Below, one piece after another: positions 27,161-40,404 of a stretch of 64,000 nucleotides of DNA. The position numbers and the translations under genes are program-made. Position 1 is the first letter of the stretch, and the number at the start of each line of letters is the position of its first letter. The notes under the pieces were generated by a model. The model saw only the letters and a program-made list of their open reading frames with translations. It was not told the DNA's origin and did not search any database. The stretch comes from Thalia democratica (Eukaryota): contig OZ241827.1 in NCBI GenBank assembly GCA_965202585.1, positions 61,194,001 to 61,258,000 of the forward strand, in the 5' to 3' direction.

Positions 27161-28264
27161 TATTAGACGACTGCAGTTGCATTTGCCAACTACTATCTCG
27201 AATTATAGCAAATAATTTGTTATCTTTACCCCTCTTTAGAACATGACCAAGCATGCCCTGGCTACGGGTAAAGAAAAACAAGATGAAGTCTATTTTAAGC
27301 ATACAGTCTCTACCCTGCAGCGAGTTGGTCGCTGGTTAACGCAACAACTTTTGTTACTTAAATGTCGGCTCTAAAAAATTTGACAAGCATTTTAATGAAC
27401 AGAAAAGTGTTTTTATATTTAAGATATAAAGAAAATCAAGAATTTAAGAAACCCAAATAGAATAGAATTAGTCTAATATTATGTTTTACCATACTTATAC
27501 TTTTAACTATAGTTAAAATTATTAATTTAGTAAAATTTTTTGAGTTAAATTTAGTTTTAAATATTAAATTGTTCGAGTTTATGTTATTGTCCTTAGCAAT
27601 AAGTTAAAACCTTTGGTTGTTATCTTTTAAGACAAAAGCTTGAAAATTTAAGTTATATCAACTTTATTGTCTTTTTAAATGTTCGCTATCATAAAATTAG
27701 TTGTGACTCGGTAATCTTTGTAATAATTATTTAGCTCAAATTTTTGAACAGGTACTACTTTTTATGTAGAATTCAACCAAAGTTTCTAATTGGAGAACAA
27801 TTTTTTTATTAAATTTCTTTAAATTTTTTAAACAATTCAGAATATATAACTTTATATAATTCTATACTCAAAAGTTTGTTACAGAATTAATAAATTTGAG
27901 TTTGTTAGTATTAATAGTTACTTTTTCCAAAATTTTCAAACTATAAGTTACTTAAAATAATTTTAATTAAAATCTATTGCATTTTGTTAACATCTTAAAT
28001 TTTCTATTTTTTGGTTTTTACATACTATATAAAATTGTGTACTTTTTACTTTATAGATCACAATATCATTTCTCGACTTAATAAGAAAAAGAATGATCAA
28101 TACTAAATTTTAAATTTTATTAACAATACAATGTTTTATTCACTCGTTTGAACTACATCAAACGAGATTATCAGTTTAATGAAACCTGTAAAATTTTTAC
28201 GTAAGTTTTACAGGTTTTATTAAACTGATAAAAGTTTAAAAAAGTTTAATAAGTTTCTTAGTTA

Positions 28265-29070
28265 GTTTACATAGAATTAAATTTAAATTAATATTTTTCG
28301 TTTGAAGCTTAACTTATTAAAAAAGTGTTTCTTTTTACCAGTTTATGTCTTTCAATTTTTTTTTTCGATATTCTTTTTATTTCTCGATAGCTGTAAAATA
28401 AAATTCTATGATAAATCAGCTATTTTAAAATTTATGAAAGCTATAAAAAATTATAAGTTTAAAATATTAAATATAATTTTTGAAATTTAATTAAGTATTT
28501 AACGAAATTTGTTAAAATTTTTTGCTTTTTATTTATGTAATAGATTTATATACTTTGTTTACACATAGTTAAATTAAAACTAATAATTCTTATTTAGTTT
28601 AGAAAAAAAAGTTAATTGTTACCAGTTTATGTCTTGCAATTTTAATTTTTCGGTATAAATGATTTTTGATTATGAAATTTTTCGAATAAAATTTTTATCG
28701 TACAATTTTACTAATTTTTTTCAAAGTGTACTTCGTTATTTGCATTTTTTTTGTTTAATATTTTTTCCAAACTATAAGTTTAAAATATTTGGTTGAGTTA
28801 AAAAAATAATTAAGTTTGTTATTAGATTTGTAATTTTATTTTACTTTTTAGTTATTTATTAGTTTACCTTACACAGAATTAAATTAAAACTAATAATTCT
28901 CATTTAAAAGACAATTTATAAAAAAAAAAATCTTAGTTACCAGTTTATGTCTTGCAATTTTTATTTTTCGATATAAATGAGTTTTTTATATGAACTTTTT
29001 ACAAAAATTTTTTTTTCGTATAATTTTACTAATTTTTTTTTCGAAGAGTTACTTCGTTATTTGCATTTGC
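28265..29070. repeat. ~300-bp AT-rich tandem repeat, about 3 copies
   Basis: ttaccagtttatgtctt at ~28335, ~28619, ~28938; aaattaaaactaataattct repeated. Confidence 0.75.
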
Positions 29071-29487
29071 TTTCGTGTTTAATGTTTTTATTTTGCACTG
29101 GTTTTATAGTTTCATAATGTTTTTAGTTTACTGTGTATTAAAGGGGATTTTACTTTTTTGAGCGTTTTAATTAGCTTAGAAAAAATTAGTGGAAATGCCA
29201 ATCGACCAGTCAACAATGTCAATCTGCAGCACCCCCTAACAAAGAGATGCCACTTGTTGCAACTGACTTAGTAGTTTCAATAAAAACAAAACCAGTTAAC
29301 AATATACTGTAGCTGAAGTAGTATAATCAAAGCTTATTATAGCTGATGAAAGATATTTGAAAGCCTCAAAAAATTAAAAAAAAACCTGAAAAGATTTAGA
29401 AAACTTGAAATTTATAAAATCTATGGCTAACCTACCTAAGGACCTTATTTTTATTAAAGTTATTGCACATAGTTGTAAAAACTTCTA

Positions 29488-30095
29488 CACTAGGGAGCAC
29501 CTGTTCCACTTTAAAATAAAGTTTTTGGGTAGATAATTTATTTCAGTTTTGGAAGTCACATAAAAAAACAAAAGAAAAATCTTCTCATCATTTACTATTT
29601 GCACTATTTATATTTTTCTGAAAACAACCCATAAGTAAATTGTATAAGACCTTAAAAGTTGGACAATATAGTTTTTGACTGAAATTTTTATATTTATCTA
29701 TCAATCATCACAAAAAACATTCTACATGTTAAGAAAATTTGAAAAAAGTTTTATGGAGGCACTTCTTGATTTTCTCAAAAAAAACAAAATAAAATAAAAT
29801 CATAGAAAACCAAAAAGTTCCTCCATGAAACTTTCTTTAAATCTTTTAATACAAGCAGAATGTGTTTTTGTCATGACTGCTACATGAACAAAACTTTTCA
29901 GCCAAAAATTTGAAGTTTAAATTTTTAAGATCTTATACAATTTACGTAGTTGTCAGAAAAATGTAGATAGCATGACAATGGTAAAAGCTAGAAAGCTAAT
30001 TTTTTTTTGTGTTGTCTATTTTTATGATCTGCCACGCACAAAATCTTAAACTAAGCTATGATGTTTCAAGGTCGTGGAACAGATGAACCCTATTG
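29488..30095. mobile_element. TA-target MITE, 608 bp
   Basis: Imperfect 22-bp TIR cactagggagcacctgttccac / gtggaacagatgaaccctattg, TA flanks, internal inverted repeat at 29730-29850. Confidence 0.75.
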
Positions 30096-31095
30096 TACAC
30101 ATAGTATTTAAACTGTTGTGTTAACTTGTTCAAATTTAAAGTCTATCCATAAAGTAGTCATTTATCTAAACTTTCAGTTTCAGTGAGTTTTAAGCTATTA
30201 AGTTGTTACTTTTTAGTTGCTTCACATTAAATAGGTGGAATCTAAAACTAGGCATAAAATCAAGTAATAAAATCCATAAAACATAAAAAATAACTATATT
30301 ATAAAAGAAAATTGAAGTTAATGTTTTTTTGTTTTAGAAAATACATTTAAAGCAGCATTGCAACATTTTTTGGTAAATTTATACTGTATTAAACATTTTT
30401 AACCAAAAATTTAGTTTTTTACAAAAAAAGGATCAAAAAATATTGTACTTTTTAAAAACTAGAAAATATCAGAAAAACTGGAGAAATTAAGTTAAAAACT
30501 AGTGGCCACCCTTGTACAGTTATGGAAATTTTTATACTTAATATTGAAACTTATCATTTTTTTTAGTTAAGTTTTACTTGAATTGGTCAATAAAACTACT
30601 AAGTTATGTAAAGGAAAGTTTTACTATTTTACTATTCTTTTGTCTTAATTAATGAATCAGCCAACTTAAAAATTTAAAAAGGTAACATAATGATCTTAAA
30701 CCGTATATATACAAACTTTTCTGTATGTGCAATAACTTGGCCAAAAATTAGTTTATAACCAGAACTGTCCTCTAATTAGAAATCTATATTTATTTATAAA
30801 CAAAAACATCGGCAAAAGTCTGCAGAGCAGAAGCCTGTACTCTTGTATGCCATGAGACAAAGCTCAAGTTTAACAAATGATCAACTCTTTTATATTTTTT
30901 TGTGGTATCATTGTTGAGAAATTAAACAAAATAAATTAAATAAACCTCTAATGTTAAGCAAAAAAATAATCAACTCTATGATATGATAATATCTAAGATA
31001 ATGTTGAAATATCACTAAATATATACTGTGGTCAGTAATAAGTTAATATTATAAATGATACCATCAGATTCTTGAGAACGCACAAGATTAATTAC

Positions 31096-31447
31096 TAGAG
31101 TTGCCACACACCCAATATACTTGGGATATTTTAAAGTTTTTAAAAATCTCACAACAGCTTAGGATAACTCATGGATTTTGAATTTTGTTTTCAACTCTGG
31201 CTGACTCAGGATAGTTTTTTATAATGAAAAAATCACAATAGTTTAAATTTTTTTATGGACACATGTTTTATATATTTTGAATTAGATTTAGATGATTTAG
31301 TGTCTATATTTTGTTATTAAGAAGAACATGATTTTTATTAATTTTGAAAACTTAAAAATATTTTTAAAGACTTGAAAAAAAGATAATAACTCAAGAAAGT
31401 TTTTGGTCACTCAGGAAAATTTTTTGACTGAAAGAGTGTTAACCCTG
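31096..31447. mobile_element. Degenerate CAGGGTTGCC-family MITE
   Basis: tagagttgccacacac...taaccctg; internally similar to the 11877 copy. Confidence 0.55.
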
Positions 31448-31569
31448 AATAAAAAACATAAAAAATTATATTAATAATAAATATCGAACTAAAAATAGTT
31501 CATGAATGGGATTTTATATAACCACAAAACCAATGCAAAATTGCAAGCTAGTTATTACATGTGTAAGTA

Positions 31570-32403
31570 CAGTACACTACCGCTTAAGTACACAAATTGA
31601 ACCCGACCAAAAAGTGCGTACTTAGCACGGGTAGTGCATACTTTTTGACGACATAGTATAATATGAAATTTAGTTGTTTGTTTTCTTTCTTACAACTAGC
31701 CACCAAATAATTAAGCCAAACAAACAAGTCTTTTTATTTTAAATAACATTTAATACATAATTCTAATTTGTGAAATTTTTTAATAAATTTTAAAATGATT
31801 TATTTTTTCTATTAAAAGTTTCTACATAATTAATACATACATTTAATATAGAAAGTCAATGTCAGTCAATGATTTAAAAAAAATATTAAGCTACATTTTG
31901 TTTTGTTAAAGGAAAAGTACCAAACTACATTGTGTTTACCAAACATTTTCAAAACATCAATGTATGTACATTTAAATTAATATATGACTTAACTATTTTG
32001 TATTTGTAGGTTTTTTTAACTTTGTCATCTATATTTATTTATTTTATAGCATTACAGCTCAAATATCATTATTCTTTGTACTTTTCTGCAACCACTACAT
32101 AAGTATTTAGTTTATTAACATTTAATAACAGGACTGTCATAATCTCAGGTTACTTTAGACTACTCAGGATTACTCACCCTAGTTTAAAAGTTGTGAAAGT
32201 CTCAGGCTAACTCAGCAGGTTGGCCATTCTACCTGGAAACATAAAATAATCTGGAAAAACTTGATGATTGAAAATTTAGACAAAAAAACTGGAATTTCTT
32301 ATAAGTTCTAGTATAACATCCTTTACTTTGTCTTTCTGGATAAGTGCGTACTTAAGGCGTGATGCGTACCAAAAAAAGTGCGTACTTAAGCGGTAGTATA
32401 CTG
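31570..32403. mobile_element. TA-target MITE (pogo-like TIR), possibly with captured or nested sequence
   Basis: ta|CAGTACACTACCGCTTAAGTAC...GTACTTAAGCGGTAGTATACTG|ta; subterminal aagtgcgtactta repeats. Confidence 0.75.
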
Positions 32404-33615
32404 TAACTAGTAACTTAATATTATGTTATTATTTTTTATAATGACAATTAAATGAGTTAAAATAAAAACTTCCTGATTTTTTTCAATTTTCAATTAGATT
32501 ATTTATTTAATACAACAAAGATCCTTTTAAGCTGAAACTTTAGCCTGCAAAGCTTTTTAAGTTGGAAAGAATTTTGATCAACAGGGTTGCCACACTTTCA
32601 GAATTTAATGGATTTCCCATTTTTATGTAGTTTAGTATTGTTTGAAACATGAAATCTAGTTAAAAGGGAAAGAAAAATTACACTGAAAAAGTTTCTTGCC
32701 CTTAAGAAATTACAAACACAAAGCTCTCTCAATGCTTAGCAAAAATGTTTTTGTATTTTAAACTAACAGTATACCTTTTTTTTTTGATTTGTAAATCAAA
32801 AAACAAAAAAAAAACTAGAAACGTTTATTTACCAAAATAAAAATTTCCATGACTATAATTTAGGGGTAAGCAGCTTGACCGTTGCAGAATCCAATGTGCA
32901 AATCAAAGTTATGGTCTTGGATGTTTTTTTTAGCTGCAAAACAATTGTTAATGAAAAATGTCTAAAGTTAAATTATTTTATTACTACTATTTTGATATGT
33001 GTTGTTCATTTGAATTTGAGTACTTACATTTACTTTGTAAACTATCATATCATAGCAATTTTGCTACTACATATTATTTGTTTTTTTTTTAAGTAAAATA
33101 TAGCAAATACACTTACAACAGCTCTTGATTTTTTCAGCCATTAGAAACGTTGCCATCTCTAGTAAAATTTACTTTAAAATGTTTGATTAAAATTGAAAGT
33201 AGTTTATATATTCAATTTTTAAATAGCTATATTGACCATGCACACAATTTTTCCCTACGACAAGAAACTCAAAAAAGGACTGAAAAAAAACTTTGGTAAA
33301 TAAGTGAAATCGAAAACATCATTAGACAACTTTTTTTTTGCCTGGAAATAGGCATTTGTTTTCACTGGCATTGTTCTCAGCAATTTTAAAAATGAATTAT
33401 TCTCTATTAGAGTTAATTTTTTATGTCTAACAGTAAGAATATGAATATATATTAGCTTATTTTAATAACACCTAATTAAAATAAAATTTAGTAAAAGTAT
33501 TTCACCTCTGATCCAAAACACTTAAAGTATTAAAAAAAAGAGCAATCAAGTTTAAGTTCCAAAAATAGACAATAAAAGTTAAATTAGTAGATAAAAAAAA
33601 GTATTGTGTATTGAA

Positions 33616-35197
33616 GACATGGGGGGTCCATCTTGTTTTTGGCAAGTTGATCTTATTTTGTACAGTTTTATCTTGGCTATAAGACATTTTTAACACCCTA
33701 ACAAAATTTTTAGTAAATTTTGAGAAATAATCAATCAAAGTACAGTGGGCTGGCAAGCGGACAATGACCTTTTTAGTTACTAAAATAGTACTAAAGTTTT
33801 ATTGAACTGTGTAGAGCTAGGTTTTTTTCTTTTAAAAACTGGGTTTGGTTTTATTCTGCTATGTATATCAAAAGTTACATCAGTTAAATGTAGCAAACTT
33901 TTTTTTAATAATGGCTTAAATACTTCTACAATTTATGTCAAAACTAAGGCTTACAGCAACTGCTAAAAAAGACGTTTAGAAGTCTAAACAAATATTTTTT
34001 AGGTTTTCTGTTTTCTTAGGTTTAATTATTATTTAAAAAGTCAAAGTTCTTAGAATAAAAAATAACAGTATTATTTCTCATTTGAAAAACTGCTATTCTT
34101 TTCAAAAATTCAATGGTGTTTTTAGGGCAATATAGGGTGTTTTTAAAACTTGATTATCTCAAAACACCCATCTCTGACATATCTTTTTTTATTATCTTTT
34201 AGCAAATACGAGAAGGAATCTATACCCAAAAAAAAATCTAATGATTGGTATATAGCTACTTTTTAGGTTTATATAAGCAATATTTTGATGCCTATTTATT
34301 CTTTTTCTTTGAAAAGATATTAATTTTAAAAAATTTCTTAAAATTTATCCTTTGTTAATAAGTTTTATTATTTTTCAATATACAGTATCCCATCTAATCA
34401 AGTATTTCAGGTGTTTTTCTTAAGCTTTCTGAAAGCAAATTTTTAACAAAACCTATGAAGAATTTTGAGTAGTTTTTACAAAGTAAGAGGCAAAAACTTT
34501 ACATTACCTTTTAAATACTGCAAGCAGAAAAGTATCAAAACCAATTTTGAAACAAAAAAATTAAGTTCTAATTCTTTCTAACTATTTTTAACACTTGGTT
34601 TGATTTTCTAATCAGAAAAATCATTCATTATAGTCATTATCCGCTTGAATCCTGTTTTCAGCCCACTGTGCAAAGTCAAAGAGCTCAATAGGCTCCTTAT
34701 AAAATGAGCAAACCGAAAACACAAAACAGACTATTTCACTAAAAGTCTACTTTATTAATTTTCAAAAAAATGTTCTTCAAATTTTTACACTAAGTTTATT
34801 ACTAATACTAGAATTTTTTTAATGCATATTTTTTTAAATTTTAAAGATAAAAAATCAAAAAACACCCAAAAAATCTTTTTTATCTAGAGTTCTGTTTTGC
34901 ATATTTTATAAACTCCAGTATTCAAAGTTTTTTATCTACAAAAGGAACGTTTTTCTAAAAATTTGAGGTGTTGAACTAAAAGAATGGAGAAAAACATAGA
35001 TTTCTAGTAAAATATTAAATTTCTGTGAAGCTTGTCAGTAAAAAACGTGTGTCAATACTTTTGTATCCAAATTGTTTTACAAAAATTGCATTATGTCAAA
35101 AGTTAAAAAAAATTTTTAGATTCTATAAAAACCTTATTGTTGTGTACTTATAAGCTTTTGTAGAAGAATTAATGTTAGTTTTTGAAAAAAGGTGGCC
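33616..35197. mobile_element. Older copy of the 24597 TTAA element, interrupted by a nested insertion
   Basis: gacatggggggtccatcttgttttt..aagtt.atcttatttt matches the 24597 start; after 34670 it matches 24720-25260 (atttcactaaaa, tcttcaaattttcac, caaaaggaac, attctataaaa). Confidence 0.65.
33743..34668. mobile_element. Tc1/mariner-like non-autonomous element nested in the above
   Basis: ta|CAGTGGGCTG...CAGCCCACTG|tg termini. Confidence 0.65.
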
Positions 35198-35551
35198 TTA
35201 ATAAAAATACAATTTATGCAAAATTATTTTTTTTCAAAAATGTTTAATTTACAAAATTTAATATGGTTTTCATATTTACCATTTTAGTTGTAATTAATAG
35301 GGAGTTTGATCATGATCTGTTTAAAACTATTAGGATGGCCATGTAACTTGGAAAAAGTATGAGTTTTAAAGGAAAATAAAAACATAATATTTTTAACTCT
35401 TGTATTATTTCTATGCACAATGTATTTTCGCATCAGTGATGCAAAAAAATTCTTTTGTTGAACATCAAACTCTTTGTCTTTCACATCTTTCTGAACAAGG
35501 CTGATTTGGAGAAAATGATTATACTTTCTTTTGTATGGTAAATTTGTTGAT

Positions 35552-36075
35552 GAACATAGGGACATGGTGTGTGTGTTGCTGTCAAGAGTACATTTTTACA
35601 ATCTGTTGAAGTTTGATCTAACAAAGCATTGTCACTCTTCCTTTGCACAATCAGTAAGTAACAACAGTTCTAGTTTGTGTTATAAACTTTATTCTGACAG
35701 CACGTAGAAAAAATTGAAAATTTAAGTTTTAATGTGGGAAACTAACCCAAACATGATAAGCTTATTGTTTTTGGTGATTTCAATGCAAAGGTCTGATCTG
35801 ATTATTAGTCTTGGACACACTGTCTAGGACATTTTGGTTTTGGAGTTATAAATTTAAATAATCAATACTTTTTAGAGTTTAGTCATAAGCAAAGTCTTTG
35901 TGTGACAGATTCATTTTTAGATAAAAACTTGAGTATAAAGTATTTGAACATGACATACATGCAATAGACCTTATTCTAGTAAGATACCATCATTTAAACA
36001 ATGTTTTTCTTAAACTAGGTCTTAGCACAGTGCAGACAGTAACAGCGGATCATTTGTTATTGTGCTGTTAAATGT
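35552..36075 (+). mobile_element. Decayed non-LTR retrotransposon AP-endonuclease (RTE-like), frameshifted
   Basis: Motifs in order across frames: NIGTW, QE, LIVFGDFNAKV (35761-35793), IDLILV, (S/A)DHLLL. Confidence 0.75.
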
Positions 36076-36587
36076 AAATTTTTAAATATGGCCTACAAAA
36101 ATGTATACTTTTTATAAGTAATTGAGTCAGAATTTTTTTTTAAGTTTAGAAAAGTGCATAATTTTAATTTAAAAAATAAGTGAAGCATTGATAAAACTCA
36201 TATGGTTAGTAAATAATTATCATTGTTTATACAGGGTTCCCACTACACTTAATTGTCAGTTGCTAAAAGTTTAAAAAAAGTTTGTTTTAAGATTTTCTCT
36301 GTTTCTGAGGTTGTTCAAAATATTTTCTATCTTACTATATATTTTGACCCAAACAAGTGGACTGCGATTGATTAAAAAAAAAACTGTCTTAACTTTGGAT
36401 ACAAATTTTAACTTTGTTAAGATTTTTAAACAGACTATCAAAGTATTTCTATTACAATAGTATAAACTATGACACTTCTTTAAATTTTATTTCTTTACAT
36501 ACTATTAGAAATTATATTGATTTTTTAATTGTTATATGCTCTCTTTATACAAATTAGTTATTTTTTACCACAAACAGATGACACAAT

Positions 36588-37385
36588 ATGAACAAAGTAA
36601 CTAAAAACAAAGCATTCTACTATTCCACGCTGCTGTCAAGTGCGGCAGTCACGCTGCTGCTTGCTGTATCAACAGAATCATCCCAGTGGAAGTCCTTAAG
36701 CATAAGTTCCCAAGACTTGATGCCCTACCTGACATCGTTCAATGAATCCGATTTTTCTGGTGCTGGACTGACCGCAAGCTCTGGGGTCTACAAAGTGAAC
36801 CTGAACGTTTTCGCATTCAGCAGAGCCTGCTACCAGCTCACCCTGGAAGGGTGGTTCGTGATGGTGGGCGGAGGGATGTTTGCTTCAGGGACTCTTTTCC
36901 TGTTCCTGTCATGCTTCGGAGTCAATTTCCACCAAATGAACCTGAGCAGGCCCACGAGCAAGCTGCTGGTGAAATCAGGCATGGTGCTTTGCATGGGCGG
37001 CGCTGGCATTGTTCTGGCCGGTTTGCTGGCTTTTACTTTCAACTTCAACAAGACGATTGACTGGGGGACGTACCGAGGACTGATGAAGCGCGTTGTCGAA
37101 GCCCTCAGCTCTCAAGGTCCTGAAGAAAGAGTCCCTGTGAGCGTGCCTGAGATCAAGCCCAGCAAAGAAGATGAAGCCAATATTCTCTTGGATGAGGAAA
37201 CCCGCAACGGGTGGGCTTTGGTCGTGTGCTGGTTAGCAGGAGCGGTATCCATGATGTCAGGGATCGCGTCTTACTTCGTCTCTGACGCCATGGGGAAGTT
37301 GTCGATGTATGAGTTCCAGTACAGCACCACTGCTCAGCGTCAAGATGGAGAGAAGAACGAGAAAATTAAAAATGAGGCGGTTTAG
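36588..37385 (+). CDS. Four-TM claudin/PMP22/EMP-superfamily-like protein, intronless CDS, 265 aa
   Basis: Four hydrophobic segments; Trp just after TM1; GVY in place of GLW; GWAL..CW before TM4; C-terminal EAV; coding-like GC content well above the flanks. Confidence 0.7.
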   Translation: MNKVTKNKAFYYSTLLSSAAVTLLLAVSTESSQWKSLSISSQDLMPYLTSFNESDFSGAGLTASSGVYKVNLNVFAFSRACYQLTLEGWFVMVGGGMFASGTLFLFLSCFGVNFHQMNLSRPTSKLLVKSGMVLCMGGAGIVLAGLLAFTFNFNKTIDWGTYRGLMKRVVEALSSQGPEERVPVSVPEIKPSKEDEANILLDEETRNGWALVVCWLAGAVSMMSGIASYFVSDAMGKLSMYEFQYSTTAQRQDGEKNEKIKNEAV

Positions 37386-39975
37386 AGGTGAAACTTGCCT
37401 TGTGTTTGTATTAAAGAATACAAAGCTTCGAAGTCAGTTTGGAATTGGTTGTGAAGTGTCTGTGTTTTTAATCTTGGTTTGAACTAAAGATTTTAAGTAA
37501 ACTTTTGACTGTCTTGAACTTCATAATATTATCTGACTATTTTTGTTTAATATTTTGAATAGCTAGTTTTTTAGTTATAAACTTGAGCTTATATACTCAA
37601 ATGTATCAAGAAATGCCTTTAATTTACTAAACAAGTTCCTTTTTAATGTAGTGTTTTTTATAATCATTTATATTTTCATTACCATTTTTCTGATTATTTT
37701 CAACATTGTTTCTTGTACATTTTAGATGGTTAACGTTTTATAAAACTGTTATATTTAGTTTTACAAAAATAATATATACACTTTTTCATTGTTACAAATA
37801 AATGTCTTAATTTAAAATACACTTGAAATTCTTTCAATTATGAATACCAATTTTTAGTTCGGTTAAATTTTATGTTTTATGTTATCTTCCTAGTTTTTTA
37901 AGAATTACTTTTTGGTGTTCTACTTTAAGTTAAATAATTATAAATCTGCAATTAATCATGTATATATAACACTTTGTTTGCGTTTTTTGCCTAAATAGTA
38001 TTAGTCGCTGCTATTGTTTCAAAATATATAAATCCAGTTTGTTTGTTTAAAACGATCAACAAAATAATTACTTTAATCTTTCTTATTTTACTGTATTTTT
38101 TTTTCTACTAGAGATAAAACTTTGACTTTTTGTTTTTAAACGTTTGTCTTTAAGACCATTTAGATATTTTATTAGAATTTTGACCATAGTTTGCTAGTCG
38201 TATTGCTCAAAAATTTATTTCAAGACAAAGTTTCTAAAAGTTAAAATGCCAAGTCTCATGAAAAACTCTTTGTTTTCAAAACTTAACTTTTTATCGGTGC
38301 TAATAACTTGACTGTTTGTTCAATGCTTAGTTTGAATGCTTGTACTCTATTTGTGAAGTGTATTAAATATCGATAGTTTGTTATAAAAAAATATTTAACT
38401 GCTATAAGTAACTTTTCACAATATTTACAAAAAGTTTATAAAAGTTTTGTTTTTATACCGTTTTTAAATTATTTTGGATACAACCAAACCTAATACATTG
38501 TTCACATTGTTTATGGAAAACTTTTGCAACGAAAGTTCAAAACTTTGTTGTTATACTTGTGTATGTCATATAGAAGCTTAACTTCGAAAAATGTTGAATT
38601 TCTTTATACCAATTATAAAAATAACTATGTAAGAGAATAGTTTTTATAACATTGCATGTCTCACCCCAAAACTAATTCAGCTTCGATAAAACATTATACT
38701 TTGCATTTAATTTTGTAAAACACTCTTTAGTCGTACTGATTATTTGCATTATAATGTTTGTTTGTATTTCTTCAGTTGTAATTAGACTAAATGTTTTTGT
38801 ACTATCATAAGGAAATAGTAATAAAATTGAAGCATTTAAAAATTTGATTTATACATAAGAAATTCTGTACTTCATATTTAATATATTATTTCTGAAATAT
38901 TTTTTAAAAATGTAGTATCTTAGTTCACTAAAGAAATATTTACTTGTTAAAAACGTGTATAAAACAACATCTATTTACTTAATTTATTCTTTTAAAAAGT
39001 TTATCAGTAATATAATTTTTAATAATTAACATATCGAGAACACTATGAAAAATGATATATTTTTTAAATTTACTTAAATTAAAATATGTATTTAAATCTT
39101 CCATATGGTAAAACAAAATATGCACAGTTGATCAGAGTAGTTTACTTAATTAATAATTTGTTGTGAAAAATAAAGTAATTAAAAACTGATATTAGTAAAT
39201 GGTTGATTAAATAACAAACCACAACTAACTTCCGATCATTACTCTGGCTGATTTCATAAACACGCTCAACTTAAAACCATTGAATTTGTCTAATGTTGAG
39301 ATTCAAACTTTCTGTCAGACTTGTTTGCATGAGTGCTAAGTGATCTGTATTACGTTTTAAAATTTATAGTAAAAGCTTTGTTAAAATGTGCAAGTTGTTT
39401 TAAAAAGGCGAGCATTGACAGCGAACTGAACTAACAACTTTGATTTATTTTTCAACATTATTGACAAAGTTATGCATAATTTCTTCTAAGTGTTTTCCAT
39501 GCAGTTAAAATTTTTTTTTAAAGTTTTTTTTCTGTTGTTTTCTCAAGTTTAAAAACAGATATTGAGCTAAAGAAGCTACGTTAAAAAAAATGTTAATAAA
39601 AAATAAAATAATAATATAAATAAAATAATAATATGTTAATAAAAAGTTAATAAAAATTTACTTTATATTTAAAACTAATTAACTCTATTACACTAATTTT
39701 TATTAATGTTTTTGTTGCAGGCTTTTTGTTTTAAATTACTTCACAAGTTAAGCATATTGAAAAAGATAAAAGTAAACTATATGATATATATATATATATA
39801 TGTCAACAAAACTAGTCACATAATGAAAAAATATTTTTTAATACATCTTTGTTAAACTTTTATAACAAAAATTATTTAAAATGCTTTGTTTATTTACTTT
39901 TATGTTAGTAGTAATAAGTTTAGGTTTATTAAAAATAAGTTGTAGTACAATTGAAACGGGAACGAGTCAGAAAAA

Positions 39976-40404
39976 CACGGGCGTCACTTTAGCACGACGG
40001 AGTGACACTTAAGCACAAATTGACACTTTAGCACGGAGTGACATTTTAGCACCGATTGACAGCTTAGCACGACGGAGTGACACTTTAACACGGAGTGACA
40101 TTTTAGCACGGAGTGACACTTTAGCACGGTGTCACTTAAGCATTGACTGACACTCTTTTTTTGTTTACATAACGTTTTTACTGTTATGTTTAAAAACCTC
40201 AAGTTAAACTATGCAATATGTTGACTAAAAGTTAACAAGCTTTAAGTATGTTAACCTAAAATGCGTAATCAACAGGATTCTGTCTACATAAAGTTAGATT
40301 TTATTAAGCACATTTTTAAATAGTATTTAATGACTTAAAAGTATTGATAGTGCTAAAGTGACGCCGTGCTAAAGTGTCACTATATGCTATAGTGACAACC
40401 CGTG
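39976..40404. mobile_element. CAC..GTG-ended MITE with subterminal ~18-21-bp repeats (cactttagcacggagtga)
   Basis: cacgggcgtcactttagc / gctatagtgacaacccgtg termini; repeats inverted at the right end; no TSD recognised. Confidence 0.65.

Noticed and set aside
27240-27375. 43-aa ORF (MTKHALATG...) after a tttag acceptor
   Set aside because: Too short and no motif; cannot be distinguished from chance
35284-35565. 93-aa minus-strand ORF
   Set aside because: Largely antisense to or abutting the decayed retrotransposon endonuclease and a MITE end; no motif recognised
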